Position numbers and translations under genes: made by a program. The notes below the pieces were generated by a model. That model was not told where the DNA came from and ran no database searches. It saw only the letters and a program-made list of their open reading frames with translations. From a virus (taxonomy: Duplodnaviria > Heunggongvirae > Uroviricota > Caudoviricetes): DNA of 64,000 nucleotides. Where the stretch lies: IMG/VR virus record IMGVR_UViG_3300044712_000123, one strand, 5' to 3'. Of this stretch, positions 8,338 to 15,857 are shown one piece after another (position 1 is the stretch's first letter; each line of letters begins with the position of its first letter).

Positions 8338-9093
8338 TTATTTTGCTTTCTTGTTCTTATTATCTAACATGCCACGCTTGTTAGCAGTTGCCCATGCAAT
8401 GTTCTCTGCCTCTTTCTTAGTGTGACCTAATTTCTTTTCTGACTTAGCGATGTGCTTGACCATGCGATCTACTTTAGCACCCTCATATTGAGGGCCACCA
8501 GCGATAACTCCAGCACCACTCATTTCGTCTACCATCTTTTCGTCATAGTATTCTTTGACAGCATTTAAATAATCGTTTGCTTTGATTAGTTTTTCTTGTA
8601 CCCAACCTTCAAGTCCTTCTTCTTCACTACGATTTTTAAGTAGTGCATAAAGTGCTTTGGCATTTTTGATTGTCGCTAATACATCACTACGAGCCATTTC
8701 AACTTCATGATCTACCCGACTTTGGCCACGTGGCACGAAACCAGTCTTGCGTTTAGATCCTCGACCAGGAACTACGATAATATCATCTTCTTGTAAGTCA
8801 GCTTCATTGACTGGCTCTGGCTTAGCTTTTAAAGCAGTACGTGCTTCTTGTTTAGTCTTCTTGTATTTCTTTTTGAATTCTTCGTCTTTGAGGTCTTTAA
8901 GATCCATTGAAAGTTGTTTCATTGCACCTTCAGTTAAGCTGTTAGCATAGGGACCTTTTTTCTTACCACCCAATTGCTGGATGGGTTTTAGACCTGCAAC
9001 TTCAGGGCGTGATTGAACTTCCCCCAGTGCTTTTGAAACGGTAGCTACTGAGCCGGCAGTAGTAGTTTCATTAATGATTTGATTGATTTTCAT
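8338..9093 (-). CDS. Modular probable internal head protein
   Basis: Likely start ATG 9093 (MKINQIINE) rather than TTG 9105; modules separated by LTE/VNE/VDE/YE sites; C-terminal EAENIAWATANK is ChaB-like. Confidence 0.65.
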   Translation of the reverse strand: MKINQIINETTTAGSVATVSKALGEVQSRPEVAGLKPIQQLGGKKKGPYANSLTEGAMKQLSMDLKDLKDEEFKKKYKKTKQEARTALKAKPEPVNEADLQEDDIIVVPGRGSKRKTGFVPRGQSRVDHEVEMARSDVLATIKNAKALYALLKNRSEEEGLEGWVQEKLIKANDYLNAVKEYYDEKMVDEMSGAGVIAGGPQYEGAKVDRMVKHIAKSEKKLGHTKKEAENIAWATANKRGMLDNKNKKAK

Positions 9094-9112
9094 ACGGAAT
9101 TCCAAAGTAATA

Positions 9113-9132
9113 TAGTATTTATCAAAATACTA
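9113..9132 (-). promoter_or_regulatory. Late promoter GATAAATA within 8-bp hairpin
   Basis: TAGTATTT(9113-20)/AAATACTA(9125-32) stem; TAAATA at 9116-9121. Confidence 0.55.
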
Positions 9133-9137
9133 CGTAA

Positions 9138-10133
9138 TCAGAATTTGCCGTCGGGTCTCGCTGTTGGTGGAATGCCTGCCCTGTCAGTCAACCAAGCAAA
9201 TGCCTTTGCATTCTTTTTGATACTGTCAGGCTTAACATCTACTGTTAATGCTGTCTTAAAACGAGGGTCGTTTTTCTCTTTTTCGCTTGGGATGTAGCCA
9301 CTTGCTTCATAGATACCACCACGGAATTTATTGTCTTTTATGCCAGCATATGGACTAATGGCTGCTGTTTTTTCGGCAGCAAATTCTAGTGGGGCTTCCT
9401 GTATCTTAACTGGATCTTGATACATTGTTTCAATGGTCAGTACTTCACTGTGTAACTTGTCTCTCAAGTCATATAACTTAGTGATGTATCCTTGACTACG
9501 CAATGCTTTATATGCTAAGTTTTCAGGACCAAACTCGCCCCCTTTGTCTAGTCCTGCTTGTCTATATTGTTTAATCTTGTTGGTAATCTTTTGAACTTTT
9601 TTCAAGTCTTTACTTTTTAGGGCGATTTCAATTAATTGTAATAGTGTTTCGTACTTCGACTTAGTACTTGATTGGTCAAAATTTGCTCTGCGCTTAGTGG
9701 GCAATCTAAGCCATTTATCCTGCATTACACTGTACTCTCCTAGACTTACGACTGGTTCTCTAGAATCTTGTACGTATACTTCTACTGGTACCCCGTGAAT
9801 TTTAATGTCGTGTGCTTCGTTGTATAATGATTTTTTAGCGTGAAAGAATTCTTTGTAAATGTCGTCATCGAAACGACTCAAATCAACTAATAAATGTAGG
9901 TCTAAATCAGAGTGAGGTGTATAGCTGTATGCAGCGTTAGAACCACTGACAGTGATATCTTTTACTTCAACATCACTAATACCTAACTCAGATAAAAAGT
10001 CTTCTGCGATGATTAACAATTGATCTTTCACTTCTGGACGAAGGTGATTGTTTCTCCACAACTCGGGATTAAGTTCATCGTGAAATGTAACTGCATCAGA
10101 CAGTTTGAAGGAATCAAGCTCTTTTAAAATCAT
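9138..10133 (-). CDS. Nucleotidyltransferase (DNA polymerase beta superfamily)
   Basis: ITVSGSNAAYSYTPHSDLDLHLLVD = hGS..x..DxD signature; a third acidic residue in VEVYVQD; helical C-terminal domain. Confidence 0.8.
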   Translation of the reverse strand: MILKELDSFKLSDAVTFHDELNPELWRNNHLRPEVKDQLLIIAEDFLSELGISDVEVKDITVSGSNAAYSYTPHSDLDLHLLVDLSRFDDDIYKEFFHAKKSLYNEAHDIKIHGVPVEVYVQDSREPVVSLGEYSVMQDKWLRLPTKRRANFDQSSTKSKYETLLQLIEIALKSKDLKKVQKITNKIKQYRQAGLDKGGEFGPENLAYKALRSQGYITKLYDLRDKLHSEVLTIETMYQDPVKIQEAPLEFAAEKTAAISPYAGIKDNKFRGGIYEASGYIPSEKEKNDPRFKTALTVDVKPDSIKKNAKAFAWLTDRAGIPPTARPDGKF

Positions 10134-10140
10134 AGTATAG

Positions 10141-10148
10141 TATTTATC
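10141..10148 (-). promoter_or_regulatory. Putative late promoter GATAAATA
   Basis: In a 6-bp hairpin AGTATT/AATACT (10139-10154), 8 nt upstream of the start at 10133. Confidence 0.55.
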
Positions 10149-10153
10149 AATAC

Positions 10154-10237
10154 TTACTGTGAAGGCTTATTGTTTTTAGTGTCTGGTACCGGCTCATGCG
10201 GTGGGTTTTTAGGTGGTTTATGTCTGTACCAACTCAT
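10154..10237 (-). CDS. Small Pro/Lys-rich peptide (27 aa)
   Basis: Not in track. GGAGAG RBS, then ATG: MSWYRHKPPKNPPHEPVPDTKNNKPSQ*; fills the gap between the terminator and the next promoter. Confidence 0.5.
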   Translation of the reverse strand: MSWYRHKPPKNPPHEPVPDTKNNKPSQ

Positions 10238-10272
10238 AGTTCTCTCCTATGTTTCTGTATTTAGCAGCCGTG

Positions 10273-10292
10273 AAAAAGCCCCTTTCGGGGCT
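10273..10292 (-). terminator. Rho-independent terminator
   Basis: Minus strand AGCCCC-GAAA-GGGGCT-TTTT right after the stop of 10296..11180. Confidence 0.85.
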
Positions 10293-10295
10293 ATT

Positions 10296-11180
10296 TTAGA
10301 CTTCTTTGCCGTCTTGATCGATGATCTTGAAGCCTTGTTGCTTCTTACTATCGATGTACATTGGTCCGATTGTGTTCATCAAGTGTTCTTGGTTCTCCAT
10401 ACAGAACACATATGATCCTGAGTGACGCAATAGAACACGTTTGTCCATCCAAATCTTACCACCCATATCACGCCAGTTTTCACAGAACGTCCAGTCTTCA
10501 CTGTAGTAACGGTTCTGACGAACTGCGGTGTCAAAGTAAGTCTTCAAGTGTGCATCATACTTAGGATCTAAACCAATGTCGTTCTTGTACTGCTTGACTG
10601 CAGGGTGAGTCTTCATCTTTTCAAATACGTGCTTCTTAATCAACAAGAAGCCAGTACCTGCTTTAGATACTTCTTGTAGACCATCGGGTCCTTCTTCTGC
10701 ACCTTCAAAGCCGTTAACTACCCACTTGATTGGCATAGTCTTCATTGGGTACAATCCACCGATAACGTCAACGTCACGGTTCAACAATACCAACAAGTGC
10801 CATGGCTCCCAACCAATGTCAGCATCGACAAAGAACAAGTGAGTTGCGTCAGGCATGTCTAAGAACTTTGCAGTTAGTGTATTACGTGCGCGGGAGATGA
10901 GTGATTCGTTGACCATTGTTTCCAATGTCCAATCGATACCCAATTGACGGGCTGTGTTAGCCCACTTGATAAATGACATGAATGTAGATTCAGTCAACAT
11001 GCCACCATAGCATGGCATTGCAATGTGTACACGTGTTGTTTTTAGAAAATCTACGTTAACTTGCACTTGACCTTGTTGCGGTTGCTGTGCTTGCTCTTGA
11101 GCCGCTTGGTCAGCGATTTCTTGTACTTTTTCTACTGGAACAGTTTTTTCTTCTGTTGCTTTGGTTTTCTTTGTTGCCAT
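10296..11180 (-). CDS. GT-A fold (GT2-like) glycosyltransferase
   Basis: VHIAMPCYGG, ESLISRARN, LFFVDADIGW (DxD), GTGFLLIK, YYSEDWTFC; Lys/Glu/Gln-rich N-terminal tail. Confidence 0.8.
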   Translation of the reverse strand: MATKKTKATEEKTVPVEKVQEIADQAAQEQAQQPQQGQVQVNVDFLKTTRVHIAMPCYGGMLTESTFMSFIKWANTARQLGIDWTLETMVNESLISRARNTLTAKFLDMPDATHLFFVDADIGWEPWHLLVLLNRDVDVIGGLYPMKTMPIKWVVNGFEGAEEGPDGLQEVSKAGTGFLLIKKHVFEKMKTHPAVKQYKNDIGLDPKYDAHLKTYFDTAVRQNRYYSEDWTFCENWRDMGGKIWMDKRVLLRHSGSYVFCMENQEHLMNTIGPMYIDSKKQQGFKIIDQDGKEV

Positions 11181-11185
11181 AAGGT

Positions 11186-11223
11186 CCTCTTAAATGATGT
11201 AGATATTTACATCAGATAAGAGG
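11186..11223 (-). promoter_or_regulatory. RBS-sequestering hairpin with late promoter in the loop
   Basis: CCTCTTA/TAAGAGG and TGATGTA/TACATCA stems; TAAATA at 11204-11209; the SD AAGAGGA lies in the 3' arm. Confidence 0.7.
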
Positions 11224-11230
11224 GGTCGAA

Positions 11231-13843
11231 TTATTTTTCGTCTATATAATCAGACGATTCGGCTACCTTAGTTTGGGCTTGTAGTTGATCTACTTCTTGC
11301 TCCAAATCTTGGATCTCATGATCCTGACGAGAATCGTCTTGTTCAGAGTGCTTCAAGGCATGCATAACATACTTGACAAATGCAGCTTGTTTGTCTCTCA
11401 TATTTGGATAGTGTTGTTGTGCAAAACGATAGACTTGGTCCATTTCTGTATCGGAGTCTTCGCTTATGCTTTGTTCTGATGGCTTAGCTGCCTTGATTTC
11501 AAAGTGATTTACAATTTTGCTACCATCAATTTCATAATGATCGCCAACCTTACTAACACGGGTAATTTTACCTACACCGTTTCCACCTTCTTGTGGAGGA
11601 TCCATTTCATACTTTACAATCTGACCAACATGATACTTGTTAGTAGGGGCACGGCCCATTACTTTACCAACGACTGTATCCATATGTCGCTTGAAGTCAG
11701 TTACGTTGAACGGATTACCAGGAACGTATCCTTCGTTAATCTGTTGCTTCAATGTATTCAACGCTTCAATCGCAAGTTCCATTTCTGTCTTGTTTGGATT
11801 GTTAGTGCATGTATCAATGATAGTATCCATGACATGTTCATCACCATAACGTGAGAAAATTTCTGGCTTCTTAGTGTGAATCAACATAGCAACCTTGTTT
11901 GCAAGATTGTTACTTGAAGGTTCACCTAATTCATTCAACTGACGTTTAGCTTCTAATAGTTGATTGTAGATTTTAACCTTCTGCTCTAGTGATGCGTGTT
12001 CTAGCAATGGCTTGATACGTTCAATAAACTCTTTTAGTTTACGACCTTTTGGCTTAGGCATGTTAAACTTAGCTAAGTTTTCTTTAGCTGTGTTCATCAT
12101 CTGTAGTACTTCTTGGTCACTTAATGCAGAACTCATTGCTTGACGCCATACTGCAAACTGTTCTTGTTCGCTCTTGTTGGGGTCTAGTAATACTTCACGC
12201 ATTGGTGTAGCACGTGGACCTTCGTGATAATCTTTTTGTGTTGGATCACTACCAGGAGCTTTTGTATCTTGTCTACTCATAATCTGTAGACTGTTCAATC
12301 CAAACTTCTGATAGGGAGGAACACCGTCTTTAGCTGGGCGTGTTAGATAACCAAACGCTTCTTTCTGATCTGCTCCTACAACTAATGTTACATCACTGTA
12401 ACCTTTAGTTGCTAACTTAGCAAGTACATCATTCAATGTTGGTGCATCCGGTGATGGCAAACTAAACATCTTACTGTACTTAGGAAATTTCTTCTGATAC
12501 AATGCTAGTTTAGTTTCTGGTGGAATGGGGTCATCCTTGCCAAAACTACGAGATACAACAAAGAAGGGAGATGCACCTGTTTGCTCCGCTTGATGAATGA
12601 CTGATGTAACTAATGCATCGTGGCCAGTATGCCCCATTCCGCGACCCCAACCAATGACTGCCTTCTTGCCACCTTTAGCTTCACTCACTACTGATTCACG
12701 TGGCTTCCAGTTAGTCTGGTCAATTGTCTTAACGAACTGTCCAGGGATATCATACTTGAACTTTGCACCAGGGTGTGCTTGTGCATACCCTTCTGGTTTA
12801 GTTTGCTTGATACCACCGTGTAAACCTTGACTTAGTTGACCGATCAATACATTCTTCTGCTTACTCAATCCTTCAACTGCACCTAATGTAGCTTGCAATC
12901 CTTTAGGATCGCTTAACAGTGTCTGTGCTTTCTTTGCACTCATGTTAGCATTAGCCCATGCTGGGAAGTCTGCAAGTAATCCTTCTGTACGCAAATGCTT
13001 GTTCAAGTAGCTATACAACTCACCACCTGGATTACTTAGTCCTGGCTTAGGTGCTAGATAGTTGTCGATTAGTTTTGCATTCTTCTTAACAAATGCTTCT
13101 AGGTTAGAAAGACCTTGAAAGTCTAACTCAACTGGATCTTGTACGTATGTTGTACCTTGAACGATGATACCAGGAACACTTAATTTCGTTGCATCAGGAA
13201 AACGTTGTTCATCACTAGAACCCATTGAAGAAAAATATCCGGTAGCAGCTACCATCATCTTTGACTTTGGAATCTGCTTACCTAACTCACTGTCTACTGG
13301 GATGTGAAACGTTGTGATATTAGGAGTGAAGTCATATGTACCTGTCTCTTTATTAAGTACTGGCATTGCTGATTCACCGTCGGGTTTAGTACCCGGATAG
13401 AACAACAAGCCACCTTCTAAATAGCCCTGCTTAGGACTGATCTTCTCAAAGTAAGGCCACAAACTAGCGAACTGTTTAGCAAAACCCTGTCTTGCTGACG
13501 GATCACCTGAGCCTGTACCCAAGATGAATGCTTGTACGTCTTCGGGGCTTTTCATTACTGTGGATGCACCGCTGCTGGTTTGTGTTTGTCCACGTTTTAA
13601 GTACGCCCAAGCATTCTTAGGGATCATGCTGAAATTACCAGCTTCATCTCGGCCCCAGTATACTACTGGCATGCCATCCCATTTCAATTCAATTGAACCA
13701 CCTTCTTCACCCATGTGCTTTAAACGCTCAATGGCGTGCATAGCACCGTGACTACCATCGCTTAATACTAAGTCTTCGATGTGTTGATATTTGCGACCTA
13801 CTTTTGGATTCGCTGCTTCATTTAGTAAGTGCGTAATTTTCAT
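11231..13843 (-). CDS. Fusion: ligase-like KxDG domain + HIGH-superfamily (cytidylyltransferase-like) nucleotidyltransferase + C-terminal modules
   Basis: Starts MKITHLLNE; HIEDLVL..ELKWDGMP (motif I of the ATP-dependent ligase fold); GWGRGMGHTGHDAL (HIGH), DVTLVVGADQ, HEGPRATPMRE. Confidence 0.7.
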   Translation of the reverse strand: MKITHLLNEAANPKVGRKYQHIEDLVLSDGSHGAMHAIERLKHMGEEGGSIELKWDGMPVVYWGRDEAGNFSMIPKNAWAYLKRGQTQTSSGASTVMKSPEDVQAFILGTGSGDPSARQGFAKQFASLWPYFEKISPKQGYLEGGLLFYPGTKPDGESAMPVLNKETGTYDFTPNITTFHIPVDSELGKQIPKSKMMVAATGYFSSMGSSDEQRFPDATKLSVPGIIVQGTTYVQDPVELDFQGLSNLEAFVKKNAKLIDNYLAPKPGLSNPGGELYSYLNKHLRTEGLLADFPAWANANMSAKKAQTLLSDPKGLQATLGAVEGLSKQKNVLIGQLSQGLHGGIKQTKPEGYAQAHPGAKFKYDIPGQFVKTIDQTNWKPRESVVSEAKGGKKAVIGWGRGMGHTGHDALVTSVIHQAEQTGASPFFVVSRSFGKDDPIPPETKLALYQKKFPKYSKMFSLPSPDAPTLNDVLAKLATKGYSDVTLVVGADQKEAFGYLTRPAKDGVPPYQKFGLNSLQIMSRQDTKAPGSDPTQKDYHEGPRATPMREVLLDPNKSEQEQFAVWRQAMSSALSDQEVLQMMNTAKENLAKFNMPKPKGRKLKEFIERIKPLLEHASLEQKVKIYNQLLEAKRQLNELGEPSSNNLANKVAMLIHTKKPEIFSRYGDEHVMDTIIDTCTNNPNKTEMELAIEALNTLKQQINEGYVPGNPFNVTDFKRHMDTVVGKVMGRAPTNKYHVGQIVKYEMDPPQEGGNGVGKITRVSKVGDHYEIDGSKIVNHFEIKAAKPSEQSISEDSDTEMDQVYRFAQQHYPNMRDKQAAFVKYVMHALKHSEQDDSRQDHEIQDLEQEVDQLQAQTKVAESSDYIDEK

Positions 13844-14559
13844 TTTAGAATATCCAATGTTCTACGGAACCACTCTTGTACAGTAGTAGCTCCGTAATAT
13901 TTGTCATGAATAGCTTTATACTTCTCAGGATATTGCTTCAATGCTGCCATCATCTTAGTTGGATTACCCATGTCATCTGCACTTGCAGTAGGTCCAATGA
14001 TGATCTTGGCAATCTGATCTTTGTTGCTAGTTACCAATTCTTTAGTAGCTCTATCCATCAATCCTTTGTATGGACTCATCATCAAACTTTGATGACCATT
14101 AATACTACTCATGTTAGCCAAGTCAGCCCACATTGCATGTAGAGTACCACCCTTCATAGATGAATCAGTGTAATCGTGTACGTGTAGTGGTTGTGCATCT
14201 TTAGCATTTTCAACTGCCATCAAGTCAACTTGAACTACTTCATCATTGACTCCAGTTGGTACTCCAACGTGAACACTAACGCCAGTACGTGCAGCAAACA
14301 AGCCTTTTTGTTTTAGATAATCTTCTAGTGCTTTGCGACTTAGCTTCAATTCCTTAGAAGGAAATGCTCTCATCAACTCACCTGCATCAATCAATGCATC
14401 GATATCAGAACTGACTTCTTTGTGACCAGCACTGCCAATAGGATACAAATTGATACCCTGTGGTAGTATTTTCTGTAGATTTGCAACTGCTCTAGGAAAG
14501 TTTTCTTTCTTTAGAGGTACTGCGTTCGGGACAACGTTTCCACCTTCGAATAATTTCAT
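13840..14559 (-). CDS. Nucleotidyltransferase (Pol beta superfamily)
   Basis: LYPIGSAGHKEVSSDIDALID (GS..DxD) and VQVDLM third Asp; starts MKLFE. Confidence 0.75.
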   Translation of the reverse strand: MKLFEGGNVVPNAVPLKKENFPRAVANLQKILPQGINLYPIGSAGHKEVSSDIDALIDAGELMRAFPSKELKLSRKALEDYLKQKGLFAARTGVSVHVGVPTGVNDEVVQVDLMAVENAKDAQPLHVHDYTDSSMKGGTLHAMWADLANMSSINGHQSLMMSPYKGLMDRATKELVTSNKDQIAKIIIGPTASADDMGNPTKMMAALKQYPEKYKAIHDKYYGATTVQEWFRRTLDILK

Positions 14560-14560
14560 G

Positions 14561-14947
14561 TTAGTAACTCAACTTAACGTAACTGACTCCGCCACCTGCG
14601 AAGTCTTTGATCTTTGCTCTCATGAATACAAAGTTACCGGTAACGTTTGTATACATACTTGCGTTGCTTGCTAATTGTGGTGCTGAGTTAGAAGCTGCGT
14701 TAGCGTTCGCTTCCAGTTCATAGACCTTGAACCAATCGTTATCTGTTGGTGTGCTAGCTAAACTTGCTTCAATGACGATGTTACCAGTTAGGTTAGTTGC
14801 ACTCAAGCTGACAGTTTGTAAGTCTCTGTTACCAAGAATGTACGCTGCTGCCGGTTGGCTACTACCAGTCACTGTATAAGATGCACCGTTGCCTGGATTA
14901 AGATAGCTTGTCTGTGGCAACAGTATAAGAGTGGTATTCTGGCTCAT
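14561..14947 (-). CDS. Hypothetical protein, probably virion-associated beta-sandwich
   Basis: Thr/Asn-rich 128 aa; GNIVIEASL..DWFKVY..FVFMRAKI pattern. Confidence 0.55.
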   Translation of the reverse strand: MSQNTTLILLPQTSYLNPGNGASYTVTGSSQPAAAYILGNRDLQTVSLSATNLTGNIVIEASLASTPTDNDWFKVYELEANANAASNSAPQLASNASMYTNVTGNFVFMRAKIKDFAGGGVSYVKLSY

Positions 14948-15114
14948 TACGCTCTCACTACTTCAACGACTACTGCATCACCGACTAGTTCTTGTGCTAC
15001 TTGCTCAAGTGCTGCCTGAACGTCGGAACCAGCGATACCAGAAACTTCTGATTCGCTGTCCTTAACGATTTTACTAAATTTGATGACTAATACATCTTCG
15101 ACAATCTTTGCCAT
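14947..15114 (-). CDS. Small hypothetical protein (55 aa)
   Basis: Not in track. GGAG RBS, MAKIVEDVLVIKFSKIVKDSESEVSGIAGSDVQAALEQVAQELVGDAVVVEVVRA*; TAATG coupling to the next gene. Confidence 0.75.
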   Translation of the reverse strand: MAKIVEDVLVIKFSKIVKDSESEVSGIAGSDVQAALEQVAQELVGDAVVVEVVRA

Positions 15115-15117
15115 GGT

Positions 15118-15146
15118 AAATACTCCATTATTATAGAGTATTTATC
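15118..15146 (-). promoter_or_regulatory. Late promoter GATAAATA overlapping RBS-sequestering hairpin
   Basis: AAATACTC(15118-25)/GAGTATTT(15136-43) stem; the GGAG SD lies in the 3' arm on the minus strand. Confidence 0.6.
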
Positions 15147-15149
15147 TTT

Positions 15150-15857
15150 TCAGACAGGATCAGGTCGTTTTTCTAATTTGTACTTTTTACCTAGCATTTT
15201 ATCGTACATTAATGCAAGATAACTGAGGGTGGATTCATCATCATAGTCTATAAAGTGACTAGCACTTGCCCAACGCCATTTCCAACTACTTCGTTCTTTT
15301 AGCCAGTTCATAAGCGCAGGACTAGGGTGTAGGCCGGGCATACGTTTGAATAAATCTAGCATTTCTTTAGGGAAGTCTTCATCAATTCGCTTAGACTTGA
15401 GATAGATACGATACTTGTGTTTAGGCTCGTCCACAAAGTACTTGATACCTGCATACTGACCAGTTTGCACTTGTGTGTAATCTGATGTATAACCTGCGCC
15501 TAGCTCATCGCAAATAGTTTTCAACTCATCAAGATCGTTACTAAAGACAGCCACTGTATTACTCTCAATACGTAAACCTAAGTTTTTAGACTTACGTGTG
15601 TTTTGCAGTGTTACTATCGCTTTTAATGCAGGAAGATTGTCAGTAACCTTTTGTTTATCTCTTGATACGACACCCCACCCACGACCTCCACTTGTTAATT
15701 TCTTATCTAAATCCTCGGGTGTCTTGCACCAACGTGTGTATCGAACACCCGGGATAGTGATACGTAATCTATAGTCATACTTACCATAGAACTGCTGATC
15801 TCGATATTCATAGAAATCAAGACCCGGCACATTATCAACTGACTTCAATAATGCCAT
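15150..15857 (-). CDS. Hypothetical protein
   Basis: 235-aa ORF overlapping the clpA 3' end; no motif recognised. Confidence 0.6.
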   Translation of the reverse strand: MALLKSVDNVPGLDFYEYRDQQFYGKYDYRLRITIPGVRYTRWCKTPEDLDKKLTSGGRGWGVVSRDKQKVTDNLPALKAIVTLQNTRKSKNLGLRIESNTVAVFSNDLDELKTICDELGAGYTSDYTQVQTGQYAGIKYFVDEPKHKYRIYLKSKRIDEDFPKEMLDLFKRMPGLHPSPALMNWLKERSSWKWRWASASHFIDYDDESTLSYLALMYDKMLGKKYKLEKRPDPV

